Positions 32,205 to 48,411 of a stretch of DNA of 64,000 nt are shown in pieces. The position numbers and the translations under genes were made by a program. The notes under the pieces are model-generated. The model worked only from the letters and a program-made list of their open reading frames with translations, ran no database searches and had not been told where the DNA came from. How positions within the stretch are numbered: position 1 is the first letter of the stretch; each line of letters opens with the position of its first letter. Origin of the DNA: the human T2T-CHM13v2.0 reference genome, Homo sapiens; NCBI RefSeq assembly GCF_009914755.1, contig NC_060925.1. One strand, 5' to 3'.

Positions 32205-34649
32205 AGATTCATCCTGGGTAGGCAGAAGACTCTATCTCCTTGTAGATAATAGTTACAGAGACTCCCATCTACAATGAGTATAAAAGGATGAACATTTGTG
32301 ACCAGTATGAGCAAAAACCAGGCAAAGAAATAGAACTTTGGTTGGTTCACCTGGGAGATGAGAGGGGGGTCTCATAGTTTTTCACAACACAAGAATTGCA
32401 ACATTAGCCCACATTGCCTAACCACTGAATATGCTGCCTCTGACATAGCTTGAAATATAAGGTCTTATACAATTTGATGCCAACCTACTTTTACAGCCTT
32501 ATTTGTCACTCTGTGCCAACACACAAAAAAACTGTATCAGCTAGCCAGTGTCACCCACTCCTGTAAATCCACCATGCATTAACCTAGGTCTCTAGGCTCT
32601 GCTTATATGGTTCACTGTGCTTGGAATGCCCTCCCCTTTTCCTGCAATTTATTAATAAACAATCTAATTCAAGGTCCATCATTTCTGTAAACCCTTCCAT
32701 CTTCTCTATGAACCCTTCTCTATCCTTTCATTTTATGTTAATCTATCTCTACTAACACTGAACTATAACAACTCCTTAATTCTCACATGATGCCTTCACC
32801 ATTACCTAACAGTTTACATATAGATTTCGTTCTTCCCAACTAGACTAAATTTTCCTAAATTATTGATAACATTTTATTTTTTAATATATCTTACAGTGAT
32901 TACTAGGCACATATTTGCACATAGCAGAAACCTAATACTTTTTTTATTGACTGATTTAATCACACGTGCTCTTTCAGCATGACTTAAGTGACAATTAAAA
33001 ACATGAAATTTCTCATCCAAATCCAAGTCATAAAAGATATCAAAGAAGTAAATTGTTTAGGCAAAGGGATTCCATTACATTCTAATCAATTAATACAGCT
33101 GGCCACAGTCTAGCTTATTCCAGTTAAGTCCACTGAAGTACTAAAAATGAAGTTTAAAAGCATGCTTTTACTTGATATAGCCAGATTTTTGAAACTCACT
33201 TCAGTCTTTGTCTCTAATGAAGACCACCCTGACGGAAAAAGAGGACCCACTGTTTGGCCACTTCTGGCACTGCTGTGATTAGTGGTCTTGATTCATTTTT
33301 GTCATAAACAATTGGCCCCATATACCAAGTACATCATCCAAAATTCAAATATTTGGCAATCTCTGTAGCCCAGGGGGCTTAATAGCTGAATCAACAAACA
33401 TTCCAACCATCCTGCTACCATATAAGAAGGTGCTCTGCTGCCAGAACTGAGAGGATACATGGGATTAGTGCTCAAAACTGATATGACTATGCTTAAAGAA
33501 ATAGAAATGATTCCTGTAGAGCATTTTCCATATGTTTTTATTAAAAGCAGACAAAAACCAGTATGGAAAAAATAAATCTATGTATTAAGGCAAGTGATGT
33601 TTTATCTTGGAACACCTCTAATATTTACAATTCCATGAAAAGCTAAATGCACTGATCTTTTCACTTCATTGTTACAGCATATGCAAGTATCATCACTGTC
33701 ACATTGCCTAGAATAAGTAAAACATTAAGAAGAGAAAAAAATCTTTGAAGTGGTTTGAAGTCACATTTGCTCAGCTGGTCTTTAATGATGAACAGTTCTC
33801 TTCAATGCCAATGGCAAATAGCATTTACAACAAAAACTTCAGAGTACTTTGCTTTCACCAACTCTTATGAAGATTTGAGTTTCCTAACTAGAAGTCACTA
33901 GCAAGAAATGGTGGCCAGTCCTGTCCTGCCTTTTTAGTTGAGTAGATGACCATTTGCATGGTATGGTTAAGTTGAGAGGTATGAAAGTTTCTAGTCATCC
34001 ATAAGTTTTTCCCTGCTCACTAAATGACACCCTAAATTCTTTGATTAATGACATTTTGCATTAGTTTCAGGTTTCTGTTCATTGCTGAAATGTAAATATC
34101 CTTGAAAGAGGAATACATTGCAGTTAGCTCATAATCATTTACTGCTGGGACTGAAATATATTTATCAGGTCTTTCCATGAAAACAGGCTTTGATGGGAAG
34201 GGCAAATTATAGGGGAAAAAAAAGAGCACACCGATTGTTTGAGATGGAAAAGAACTCATGCCCAAGGGAGGAAATATATATACACACACACACAAAGGAG
34301 AGACTAAGAGCCTCAGGAAAAAAAGTTCTTCAACAATTTACAACTTTCTCTGAGGACTGCACTGATTCTAGACTTTCAAGGGATGACCTGATTTTTAAGT
34401 TTTAATTTTATCAAACCTAATCAAACCTGATGTCTGGGAAAAAAGACAGACAGAGACAGTAGAGGCTTTGACACGGAATGATAATTGAATATTGACTTCT
34501 TGACTATAAGCTCCTGAAGTCAGGACCTAATCTTATTCACCTCTGCACTTTTTTTCTTAGTAATTGACATATATAATAGATATCCCCAAAGATCTGTTGA
34601 AAATGAATAATAAGAATTGGATTGTCTAAAGAGGAGCATAAAAGGCAGA

Positions 34650-37600
34650 GATATTCCCATAGGTGGATCTTTGGGTTCTGATGATCAGCCAATCACTTAC
34701 ATCTCTATGACTGTCAGTCACATTGTGTGTGGGGGGATGTCATAGATTAGTGCCACCATTAAAAACCTAAAAGATTTAGGGGTGGTGGTCCCTATTACAG
34801 CATCGCTGAATTCACCAGGCGCACCCCTGCGGAGATCGCATAGATTCTGGAGGGTGACTGTAGACTACCACAGCCCCAGTTACAGCTGCTTTGTCAGATG
34901 TAGTATCATTGCTAGAGAAGATTACTAAGTCTTCCCATAAATGGTATATAGTCACCAATTAAGCAAATGTAACTTTTTCCTTTAAAATTAAAAAAGATAA
35001 TAAAAAACTAGTTTGCATTCATGTAGGATGGACAATAGTCACTTACAGTTTTCCTGTGTTCTCCTGCCTCTGTCATATGATACAGGTTCAGTCTGAAGAG
35101 ATCTGAACCTTCAGTGAATACCACAGAACATCACCCCAATCCACTACATACGTGATGTCATGCTGATTGAACAAGATGAGCAAGAGATGGCTAGTACAAT
35201 AGAGAATTTGGCAAGACACATGCACTCAAGATGGTAGGATATACACCCTTCAAAGATTCATAAGCTGGCCAATTTTCTGAAGATTTAGGATCCCAGTGGT
35301 TAGGGATATACTTGAATAGCCCCTCTAAGGCAAGAGCAAGTTGAGAGTCTTACATACTCCACCACAAAAAAAGGAAAGGCACACCTTTTGGGGTCTAAGG
35401 AGCAAACCATTCTATACCTAGGAATACTACTCTAGCCCATATACCAGGTGACACTGTAGGCTGCTAGCTTTGAGCAGCACCCAAAACAGGAAAGGGCAAC
35501 ATCATAAGTCTAGGACATGGTACAATCAGTCCCGCCACTTGTACATTTAATCCAGAAGACCCTTTAGTATTGGAGGTATTATGGTGGGAGAAGATGCAGT
35601 ATGGAGCCTATGGCAGTTTGCAGTGAGAGAAACAAATGCTGCCTCTGGAATTCTGGAGTAAGGCCATGTCATCTGAAGCAGAAAATACTATGCTTTTTGA
35701 GAAACAGTTTTTGGTGTTACTGGAACCTGGTAAAGGAAGGACACTTGACTATGGGACATTAAGTAACCACACACTTAGAACTTGCCATTATGTCCTGGGT
35801 TCTGTCAGGCTGCCAAGACATAAATTCAGATGGGCACTAGCAGCAATCCATTATACTGGAGAAATGTTATATACAGAATTGAACCCAAGTGGGACCGGGG
35901 GAACAAGTAAGCTGCATTAATAGGTAGCCCAAACCCCAATGTCACCTTCACACTCACTGCAGTTACCTTCTCCTAGCTTATAACTACAGGAATATGTGTT
36001 AGGGTGAGAAAATAGCTCCCATATGACTAGCTGGAGGAGGAGAAAAAGCTTCAGCTTGATTTATGGTTGGGTCAGCTTGGTAGGCAGTTCTAGCTGAAAA
36101 TGGATAGCAACAGCAAAAAAGGTACACTTATGCGTACTCTGAATAACAACAGAGAAGAAAAAAGTCATCCTAAGGGGTAGATCTGTGAGCAGTGTACCAG
36201 CTCATCATCTTTTGTGTGGCAAGAGAAGTGACCTGAAGTGAGGATATATAGATTCCTCGGCAGTAATCAATGGCATGGCTATCTGGTCAGGGGCCTGGGA
36301 GGAAAAAAAAATAGAGGAAGAGAGAGATCTGAGACAGAGTCACATGAATAGACACATGGGATTAGGCAAAGAGTATGAAGAGTTCGCCCTCACACATTAA
36401 TGCCCACCAGGAAGCATATACCATGAAGGAGGTTATAAAAAACCAAGTAGACAAAATGACTTGGCCAGTTGACATTAGCCAGCCTTCATCTTTGGTCACT
36501 CCCAGATTGGCATGAGTATCAAATGAATGGAGAAGACATGGTAGTAGAGACAGAAGTTATGTATGAGCCCAACAGCATGTACTATCACTTACCAAGGATG
36601 TTCCAGCTTCTGCTGCCTCTGAAAGTTCCATTTGTCAGCAAAAAAAGACCAACAAAGTCCACATTATGTCACCATTCCACGAAGAAGGCAACCAGCTACT
36701 CGGTGGCAAATTTCTTACATTGGGCACCTTCCAACCTGGAAGTATCAGCAGTTCATCATCACAGAGACAGATATTTATTTGGGTAAGAGTTTGCCTTTCT
36801 TGTCTCTAAAGTTCTACTAGCACCACTATCTAGAGGCTTACAGAATGCCTGACCCACAGACATGAAACCTCACAGAACACAGCATCCAAAAATGGAGACC
36901 CTCTTTACATTGAAGGAGGGGCAAGGAGTAGGCCCATGATGTAATCCATTAGTTTTAATCCTGCCCAATCTAGAAGCATCCAGCCTCACATAACATTGGA
37001 ATTTCCTTCTAAAGTTATAATTGATGTGCCAGTTAAAAGAAAATAATGTGAAAAAATGGTGTACTACCCTTTAGAACACAGTGGATTTGTTAAATCACTG
37101 ACCCATATGGAGTTTTGTCCCAAATAGGATGAACATTTGGGTCTAAAGACCAAGGGGTGGAAGCAGGTATGGTCCTATTTACCATCACTCCCAATGACAC
37201 ACTGTATTCTGTGCTTCCTTCACCACACCCTGAACTCTACAGGGCTGAAGATCTTGTTACCCAAAGTGGGGGGTCTCTCTTGACAGAAGACACAACAAAG
37301 GTCTTAATAAACTAAAAATTATGACTGCTACCAGAGCACTTTGGACTTTTTGTCACCAGGTCTGAACAAATAAAAAGAGAAGTCACCACACTGGCATGAC
37401 TAATTGACCCTGATAAACAGAAGGAAGCAAGACTGCTTCAATCCAATAAAGGCAGGAAGGAATATATGTGAAACTCAGGTGATACACTGGGCACCTTCTT
37501 GTACTCCTGTCAAACATACATGCTCTTCAGCAATGAAGGTTTAGGTTGTACTACCAGATAAGCTACCAAGATCTGCTGAGGTGATAGCTGAGGGTGAGGG

Positions 37601-37690
37601 GAATGTAAAATGGACAGTGAAAGAGTGAGAAAAGTACCAGTTGTGGCTCTGAGAACAACTGGATTGACAGAGGCCACAGTTCATCCTATT
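34650..37690 (+). mobile_element. Decayed ERV-L-class internal region (RT, RNase H, integrase, dUTPase-like)
   Basis: WRVTVDY (~34850), HYIRDVML for the YIDD motif (35142-35165), PLEFWSKAM, WQISYIGHLP, and LLPEHFGL...IDPD (~37325-37415). Confidence 0.85.
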
Positions 37691-39454
37691 AACACAGTCA
37701 GATCACGTAAAACAAAAATAAGTTAAGATACAGCAAATCTAAATAACATAATCAATAAGGAAGGGCAAATCACTACATACCAAACTTTGCACCTGATAAT
37801 AAGAATATACCATCTTGTCAAGAAGACATTGAACATTCACAAAAGGTGAACATATATTAGGTAAAAAAGAAAAAGATCAGTAAGCTCCATAAAGTAAAAA
37901 AAAAAAAGTCTCTGATCACCATGCAATGAAACCAGAAATTATTAACAAAATCAAAACTGAAAAAGCTCTCCCACTTGAAAATTTAAAAATTGCCTATTTA
38001 AATAATTATTGGGTGAGAAGGGATATACAAATTGAAATGACAAAATACCAAAAAGTAATTTTAATAAACATACTCCATATGGAGTCTACTGAACACATTT
38101 AAAGTAATGATCAGAGAAGAAATAACAGACCTTAATAATTTTATGAATAAAAATAAAAGAATAAAAAGAAATTAGAAAAGGAACAAAGCAAGAATATCCC
38201 CTCTTATGACTCCTTGTCAACATTATACTGGAAGTCCTAGATAATGCAATATGACAAGAAAAAGAAAAACCATACAGATTGAGAACAAAAATATAAAGCT
38301 GCCTTTGTCACAGATGACATGATTGGCTATGCAGAAAAGCAGAAAAAAATGAACAAAATCCTCCTGGAATGAATAAGCAGTTATAGCAAGGTTGTAGGAT
38401 ACAAGGTTAATATACAAAAGTTAACTGACTTCTTGTATACCAAGAACAAACTAATGAAATTTGAAATTAAAAACACAATACAGCACCAACTGTATTAGTT
38501 GGTTATTAGCACCAACTAATACTTAGTTATGAACCTAAGAAAATAAGTACAAAATTTATACGAGGAAAACTATAAAATTATGATCAAAGAAATAAAAAAG
38601 AAGTAAATTCTTCCCAATGTGATCTATAGATTCAATGCAATACCAAACAAAATCCCATAAGTTATTTGTGGATACTGACAAACAGATTCTAAACTTTATA
38701 CAGAGAGGCAAAAGACCCAAAACAGCCAACCCAACTTGAAAGAGGACAGAGTTGGAGGACTGATACTACTGGACCTCAAGACTTACTATAAAGCTACAAT
38801 ATTCGAGACAGTGTGGTAATGAAGAAAAAAACAGATAAGTAGATGAGCGGAACAGAATAGAGAACCCAGAAATAGACCCACATAAATACAGTCACCTGAT
38901 CTTTGACAAAGGAGTGAAGGCAGTACAATGGAGCAAAGATAGTCTTTTCAACAAACGGTGCTGAAATAACTGGACATCTACATGCAAAAAAGAAATGAAT
39001 TTAGACACAGACCTTACACCTGTCACAAAAATTAACTCAAAATAGATCACAGACCTAATGTAAAATGCAATATTATAAAATCCTAGCAGATAATACAGGA
39101 GAAAATCTAGATGACCTTGGGTATGTTGTTTTTAGAAACAACACAAAAGACACAATCCATACTGAACTTCATTAAAATTTAAAACTTCTGCCCTGCAGAA
39201 AACAATGTCAAGAGAATAAGAAGACAAACCACAGACGGGAAGAAAATATTTGCAAAAGGCACATCTGATAAAGAACTGTTACCCCAAATATACAAAGAAC
39301 TCTGAAAACTCAACAATTAAAAAAAACATTAAAAAAAGGCCAAAGACCTTAACAAACACCTCACCAAGGAAGATATACAGATGGTAAATAAGCATATGAA
39401 CAGATGCTCCACATTATATGTCATTAGGGAACTGCAAATTAAAACAACAATGTG

Positions 39455-39760
39455 GGCTGGTTCTGGTTGCTCATGACTTTAATCCCAGCACTTTGGGAGG
39501 CCAAGGTGTGATGATTGCTTCAGCCCAGGAGTTTGAGACCAGCCTGGGCAACATAGTGAGACCTTGTCTCTACAAATAATAATAATAATAATAGCTGGGC
39601 ACAGTGGCACATGGCTGTGGTCCTCCCTACTCAGGCGGCTGAGGTGGGAGGATCACTTGAGCCCAGGAGGTTGAGGCGACAGTGAGCCATGGTCACTCTA
39701 CTGAACTCCGGCCTGAGTGACATAGTGAAACTGTCTCAAAACAAACAAACAAACAAACAA
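39455..39760 (+). mobile_element. AluJ with (AAAC)n tail followed by (CAC)n
   Basis: gagcccaggaggttgaggc. Confidence 0.92.
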
Positions 39761-40779
39761 ACCCACCACCACCACCACCACCACCAAAACCCAGTGTGGT
39801 GCCACTGCACACTCACTAAAATGGCCAAAATCCAGAACACTGACACCAAATGCTGGTGAGGATGTGGAGCAAAAGGAACTCTTATTCATTGCCAGTTGGA
39901 ATGCAAAATGGCACAGCCACTTTGGAAGACGGAGTTTATTACAAAACTAAACATACTTTTACTGTGTGATCCAGAAGCCACATTCCTTAATTCTACCCAA
40001 AGGAGTTGAAAATTTATGTCCACACAAAACCCTGCACATGACTATTTACAGCAGCTTCATAACTGCCAAAACCTGGAAGCAACTAAGATGTCCTTTAGTC
40101 GGTGAATGGATAAACTGTGGTATATCCAGACAACAGAATATTATTCAGTGCTAAAAAGAAATGAGCTATGAAGCCATGAAAAAACATGGAGGAATCTTAA
40201 TTGCATATTAATATGTAAAAGAAGTCAATCTAAAAAGGCTACATACTGTACGATTCCAACTGCCTGACATTCTGGAAAAGGCAAAATTATGAAGACAGTA
40301 AAAAGATCAGTGCCCATAGGTTGCTGAGGGCAGGGGAGAGGAGGGATGAACGGGCAGAGCACAAAGGATTTTTAGGGCAGTAAAAATACTCTGTATAATA
40401 ATATAATGGTAGATCATTATATATTTTTCCAAACCCATAGAAAGTACAACTTCAAGAGTGAACACTAACACTAATGTAAACTATGGACCTTGGGTGATAG
40501 TTATGATGTGTCAATGTAGGTTCATCAATTGTAACAAATGTGCCACTCTTGTAGAGGATAATAGGATCACTACAATCAAGTAGAATATATTTCAAGAATG
40601 CAAGTTGAGACAATAAAAAATCCATTAATATACCATACACATAGATCCAAACAGAAAAAATACATAATTATCTCCATACATGTAGGAAATATAAAACCTT
40701 TAATCAAGTATATATATTTGACAAAATATAATAATGATCCCTGATTTAAAACATTCAAGAAAATATTAATGGATATTTC

Positions 40780-41020
40780 TTTCTTTTTTTTCAGGGTCTT
40801 GCTCTGTGGCCCAGGCTGGAGTGCAGTGGTGTAACCTCGGCTCACCAAAACTTCTGCCTCCTGGGCTCAAGTGTTCCTCCCACCTCAGCCTCCTGAGGAG
40901 CTGGGACTATAAATGCACACCACCATGCCAGGCTAATTTTTGTGTCTTTTTTGTAGAGACGGTGTTTTGCCATGCTGCCCAGGCCAGTATTGAACTCCTG
41001 GGCTCAAGCAATCCCCGGCC
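40780..41020 (-). mobile_element. AluJ, 5'-incomplete
   Basis: gcccaggctggagtgcagtgg...ctcctgggctcaag. Confidence 0.9.
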
Positions 41021-41848
41021 TATTTCTTTAATGTAATAAAATATGAATATTTTAATCTTCATGCCAGCATTTACTTCATGAGGAATCACTATAATGTTTC
41101 CACTAACACCAGGAACAGAGCAAGGATGCTCACCACTTCTTTAACATTGTACTAGGGGTATTACAATACAATTAGCCATGAGAATTAACTTAAAGGTTTA
41201 AGAAGTGGGAAAGAAGAACTAAAATGATCTCTATTTGAAAATTACATGATAGCATGTCTAGAAAACTCTGGAAAATCAATGGCAAAACGAACTAAAAAAA
41301 AAGAAACCATTAAGGTAACCAGATATAAAATTAACATTGAAAAATCAACAGTCTTTGGACACATAAACAAAAATCTATTAGAGAATATAATGGCAGACAA
41401 AACCCCTTTTACTATAACAACAAAAAAATAAAATGCTTAAGAAAAAAATTTAACAAAAAATGTGCAAAACCTAAGGAATGTTAACACAAAAATAGATCTG
41501 AACAAATGAAAGACAACCGTTGTTGTTGAAAAGACTGAGTCAACATCATAAATATCCCAGGGCTCTCTTAATTTATAAGTGTAAGTTGAAGCCAAGAAAA
41601 ATACTAACAATATTTTTTAATGAAGCTAGATAGATTGATGTTAAGGTTTATATGGAAAAACAAGAATGCAAATGTAGCCAGGAAAACACTGAAAAAAGCT
41701 CAGAGGACTTAAAACCTTTCCAGACATCTCAACACACCATAAAGTTTCTATCATTAGAACAAGGTAGGACTTGTGCATGAACAGACAACCACTCAGATGG
41801 AATAGAAAATAAAGTACAGACATAGATCCAAGAAGTAGAAATTTAGTA

Positions 41849-42442
41849 CAATCATGTGTCACTTAATGATGGGTATTTGTTCTGAGAAACATTTTGTCAG
41901 GCAATTTTGTCATTGTGTGAACATCATAGAGTATACTTCCACAGACCTAGATAGTATAGTCTACTACAAACCTAAGCTATATGGTATAGCCTATTGCTTC
42001 TAGGCTACAAACCTGTACAGTATGTTACTGTACTAAATACTGTAGGCAATTGTAACACATTGGTATTTGTGTATCTAAATCTATATAAACATAGAAATGG
42101 TACAGTAAAAATGTAGTATAAAAGATAAAAAATGGTACATCTGTATAGGGCACTTACCATGACTGGGGCCAACAGGATCAGAAGTTGCTCTGAGTGAGTT
42201 AGTAAGTCAGTAGTGAGTGAATGTGAAGGCCTAGGGCATTACTGTACACTTTTATATGACTGACAACACAGTAGGTTTGTTTACAACAGCATCACCACAA
42301 AACATGTGAGTAATGATGTTATGAAGGCATTATATGACATCACCAGGTGATACAAATTTTTCAGTTCTGTTATAATCTTATGGGACTAGGGTTTTATATG
42401 AGGCCCATCGTTGACCAAAACAATGCATGCAGTGTGTGACTG
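41849..42442. mobile_element. Tigger3 (MER7-type) Tc1/mariner non-autonomous element
   Basis: ggtatagcctattgcttctaggctacaaacctgtacag; TIR remnants caatcatgtgtc / gtgtgtgactg; TA on the left. Confidence 0.88.
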
Positions 42443-44509
42443 TGTATGATATAGGTAGCATAGTTTAAAATAAACTATGATACTGAAGCAAAGACAGATT
42501 GTTTAACGAATGATTCTGAGAAAACTGATTAGCCATTTAGAAAAATGTGAAATGAAATACATAAATCACAACATTCACACACACAAAAAAAACTTTTAAT
42601 GTATCAGAGACCTAAATATAAAAAAGGAAACTAGTCAAGAATCAGAAGAAAACATAGGTGATTTCTTTAAAATCTGGATATAGGAAAAGGTTCTCTAATG
42701 ATGACTCAAAATCCAAATTCCCTAAAAGACTGACAAATTTGGCTATGTAAAATTGTAAAGCTGCTTTCTGTCAAAAAACACTACAAACAAAGTCAAAAGA
42801 CAAGTGACAAATTGGGAAAAAATACTTGTAATAGTTATCAAAGGTAAAGGGCTAATTTCCCTAATACCCAAATAATTCTTAAACATTTAGAGTAAAATGA
42901 CCAAATACCTAGTAGAAAAATGGGCAAAAAACATAAACAGACTTTTGCAAGAAAGATTATAAAACAGTCCTCAAACAAAAAAAAGATGTTCAGTGTCACT
43001 TATAGTGAGAAAAATGTCATAATTAGAGAAATGTTGATTGGAATGCAATTCTTTCAGAGAGGAATTTGGCAATATCTAACAATATCTTCTTTCGACATAG
43101 CAATCCAATTCTAGCAATTCACCATGAAGATACACCTCCAACCGTATAGAAATACATAAGAAGCACAAGTTTATTCACTGCAGGAGTGTTTTTCATTGCA
43201 AAATGCTGGAAACAAACTAAATTTCCATATGTAGGAGAATGATTGAATAAACTGATACATCCACACAATGAAGTACTATGAAGCTACAAAATTACATAAA
43301 GAGCTCCATGAATTGATATGATTTCCAGGATATATTTTTAAATAAAAAAAGCAGAGTGTCAAAAAGTATCTGTGGTATGTAACCTTTTATGTAATAAAAA
43401 AGTGTAAGAAAATACACATACATCTGCCCCTTAAACAAGCAAAACATACACACATACACAACTCACAAGAAAGATACACCAGAAACTACTGAGATTGGAT
43501 ACCTCAGGGGGCAGGTGAGAACACTGAAAAAGAATAAGAGGATGAGGACAGGACAGAAAGGTAGGGAGGGTAGTACACTTATCTAACTTTGTCCTATATA
43601 GCTTTGCCCTGTAGAATAATTTCTCTAACTTTTCTGGAAGAAAGTACAGTTAAAATTAAAGTTTAATATAATTATACTTTTAATATGAGTTTCCTTACAT
43701 GGTTTTAAAGAAAAAAAATATGAATTATTTTTCTGCACCTTGTAGTTATCCATGAATAAACTCAGCTTAACCACTGATTACACTACTCTAAAGTGGTAAC
43801 GGTGGTGGCTACTGAGGAAGGCTTAACCTCTGATTTTAGCCTTATAGAATTTAACCTAATTACTCGGTGGAAATAATAATGATTAATAAATACAATTGCA
43901 AGATATTTTATGACTGTAAAATATCAACATGTATAATTAGTTCACTGGGCTAACTCAGATTATTTTTTCTGTCTGTGAGACTATCTTCTAAGTTACCTGC
44001 CCTTCTCCTACTCTTATCTCAGGCTCCTTCATATGCTCTTGGTACTATAAAACTTGTGCTTTTGAATCACATTCACCCTGTACTGCAAAGGCAATCCAGC
44101 TCTCCTTCTCTGTTCCAGCTCCTGTGCAAATTAAATGTCAATGGAAAAAATCCATAGCAAAGCTTATTAGTGTCTTTCTTTTATCACTTTGTTTTTAAAA
44201 ACATTTATAGAATGCTATCTCTGTGCCACGCTTTGCTGCAGTAAATAGTAGTAATAATTTTCCCAGGCTGCTAAAACAGAATCAGATGATAATTTCCATG
44301 CAGAGAACAAGGAGAATGTTCTGACTTCTTTTGTGATCTTATACCTTACTGGGTTGAAAGCACTCTCATTCTATTGGATAAAGGTTCTGCTGCCATAAAG
44401 AACAGAAAAATAAGATGTGGTTCTTTATTATTGCTGTTAATCACCTGTGGAGCAACCCCCAATGATTCTGATTCAACATTTTTGAGATTGGCCCTGGCAA
44501 TCTGTGTGT

Positions 44510-44644
44510 GTTTTTTCTTTTTAGTAGAGACAAAGCCTCACTATGTTGCTCCAGGCTGGTCTTGAACTCCTAGGCTCAAGCAATCTTCTCATTGTAGCCA
44601 CCCAAAGTGCTGGGATTACAAGCATAAGCCACCATGCCCAGCCT
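44510..44644 (-). mobile_element. Alu monomer (FLAM-like) inserted in a MER5A-like fragment (~44440-44730)
   Basis: Single left arm; flanks gattctgattca... and aggtgatagtgatgc...aatcact. Confidence 0.8.
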
Positions 44645-44832
44645 TAAAAATAAAAAAAATAAATAAAAATAAATTTAAAAAAAGTTCTACAGGTGATAGT
44701 GATGCCCAGTAAAGGTTAATAAATCACTTTCTATAGCTGGCAGTTTTATTATCAAAAACTAAAATTACTATTCATTCAAATAAGTTCTCTGCTTAGATAA
44801 GTAAAATAATCTCCTTAAATCATTGCCCTACT

Positions 44833-45233
<401 letters not shown>

Positions 45234-46065
45234 TCATGCCTCTGCCCTATTTAAAGCCTCTCATGGCTTCCTGCTGCACTTAGAACCAAATCCAAACTTC
45301 TCACTATCCTCTATGAGGGCATACATGATATATCTCCTGCCTACTTTTCCAACTTCATTGTATACCACTTTCCTCTTCATTCATTCTGCTCACTCCAGTT
45401 ACATTGGCATTCTTTCTGATCTTGAACTGGCCAGGCTTTTCTGCCTTAGGTCTAGACAATGTGTCCTGTCTTCAATTATGGTGGTGGTGGTGGTGGTGGC
45501 AGCTAATACATACTGAACATTTCCTATTAACTACATGCTGAAGTGTTTTACATGTATTAATGTGTGTAACAAAACAACTTTATGAGGTTGGTACTATTAA
45601 TATTTCTGTTTTACAGATGAGGAAAGGCCCAGGGAATTGAAGTAATTTGCTCAAGGTACTCAGACTAACTCCTCAATTCTCACTCAGAAGATGTTAACCC
45701 CAAAATTCTGTAATTTTCAGATATTAACTTAAACCTTTTATCACCCAGTTATTAACAAAAGCTATCATAGAAGTATATATGTAGGTCTCATCATTTTGGC
45801 CCCTAATAGAATTACTTTCACTGAATTATGCTTTCACATTGTAACATCCATCTATACTGAATAGTGGAAATGACACAATACAATGAATTGCTACCCTCCT
45901 TTTGAATAATTAATATGTTCTAACCCAAAAGAAAGGAGAATCATATAACTGATCATGTGTCATCCTTTTGGCAGTGGGAAGATCGTATTCAAATCTGAAA
46001 TCCCCTTACAACAAAATGTACAGAGCTTTGTGACTATATTTCAGGCAAAAGCCTCTTACATTTCA

Positions 46066-46411
<346 letters not shown>

Positions 46412-48411
46412 TTAACCAACAACTCAGAAATTATTTTATTAGTCCGCAGTCACTCTCTCACTTACTTTTCAAAGAACTCCTGCAGCTCCTTTCTCCTGCA
46501 CAGTCCCCTTACTCTTGAGATTTAGTTTCAAGACTAAGAAAACAGAGACTATCCTATCTGACCTCTTTCAACTTCTTTCTTCTTTTGAAACAAATCCCTA
46601 CAGTTATGCTGTGTATAACTCATTTATTTTTTACCTTCCTTGCTTTCAAGAGAAATGAATTTGTATATAAGTTGTCCTCTAAATGTTGCTTCAGCTGCAA
46701 CACTCAAGTTTTTATACTGATTCGTTCTCATTCACTTCTAAATATTTTCTAATTTCCATTGTGATATTTCTTCTCTCCAGACCATAAGTTACTAAGGAAT
46801 GTATTTTTCAGTTACCAAAATTTATTTTACTGACTTTTTATTATCAACTTAAAACTTAACTGCACTGTAGACAAAGACTGTAGACTTCTAGGGGTGAGTT
46901 TCCAGGTGTAGTATTTTTAAACTTTGTTTTAATTCATCTGTTACATTGCTTCATCTAATACCTTTATGCAGATGATTATATAAATATGTATCTCTAGTCT
47001 ACTTTTCTGAGCTTTAGGCCTACAGTTTTAAGACTCTTATTAGACTAATTTTCTATTTCTCCTAAAGGCCTTTGAACCCTAACAGATTCAAAGCCAAAAC
47101 ATTATTTCCTGCCACTCTGAATCTCTTCCTTCTCCTCCTCCTCCTTTTCCTCTTTTATTTTCTATTTTTGGAATGATGATCCACATTCTACCCAACTTTT
47201 CAAGCAAAAAGTGTTCAAATTGCCTTTTATTCCTCTCTCTTACAATTGGAATGAACTGTTTTATGTATTGTGAATTATATTTTCTAGTTCTCTCTTTAAG
47301 CTATCCTTTCCTTTCTATTGTCACAGGACCTCATCATCAATCCCCTGCTCTGCTGCACCATCCTTCTAAATAACCTTTAGTTCATCTCCTTGGCACTCCT
47401 CCTTCCCTTCTTCTCTTTTATCCTTCCCCCTGCTGCTTTGCATAAAGCACAACTCTGATAATTCCTTTCTCTTGCTTAAATATCTTTGGTTAACGCATAC
47501 AGGATAAAGTCTGAATTTAGCACAATGCATAAGACCCTTTACCTGAGTAAAATTCATCCACTATACAAGCAGAAAGTTTTCAGGCTTGGTTTGCTACCAA
47601 ATATACTATTTAAAATTCTTGGACCTGCAAGTTTATTAAAAGCCTAATGTTGACAAGGATTTGGATAAAAGTGTTGTCTCACATATAGTTGCCTATGTAC
47701 TATATTTTTATGATCAAGAAAAAGTTATGCTCCTTGAATTAGGCCCCATTTCCCAAAACAATCTAGCATCAGTTCTTGACAGAGTACAGGTTACATTTTT
47801 AGCCCCATGAAAAAACTTAATACAGGTGAAGAGGAAGGATTGGTACTCTGAAAATGCTGGGGCTCAGGACCTTATATTAGTGGTGCTAAAATCAGAGATA
47901 ATGAGATAATGTTTTCAGTGTTGATGGATATTACGAAATTTTAAAGGGAAGAGAGAAATAAATAAACATCGTTAGAAGACCAAGTAGTAAGTGAAAACAT
48001 GGCGCATGCATCCTTTAACCAAGCTTTATGAGAAAGAAGAAAAATGACTCAAAACCATACTTATAGCAAGGAGGTAACATAGCCATTTCTAGTGTACATA
48101 TCACCTGTAACTGCAGTAATAATAGGACAATACAGTCATAATAATAACCTTTAAAGATAATGAAAATTAAAATAGATTCTGTATCCTCAGTATGACAAGG
48201 CAGTAAATACTATTCATTCCAGGAAAGCTTTCATTAAAAATGATTAAAATAAAAATTGTAGGCTCATATGGAGAAGCTTATACTAATCTGAAGTTTTAAT
48301 TACTCAATTTCCTTCCTATCAGAATGCTGAGATCAATATACTACTGTATTTTACTTCCTATTACCTCTCTATTGGTAAAACTAGCTACAATGAAGTTTTG
48401 AAGACTCTACT

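Larger units (their letters stand above)
37695..43600 (+). mobile_element. Nested old L1s: L1MC1/2-like element (~38200-40555) inside an older L1M, with Alu and Tigger insertions
   Basis: Continuous decayed ORF2 motifs; L1MC 3'UTR aatgtaaactatggac...gttcatcaattgtaacaaatg. Confidence 0.8.

Noticed and set aside
35636-36820. ORFs with RNase H/integrase-like words as a possible domesticated retroviral gene
   Set aside because: Short, frameshifted, catalytic residues lost
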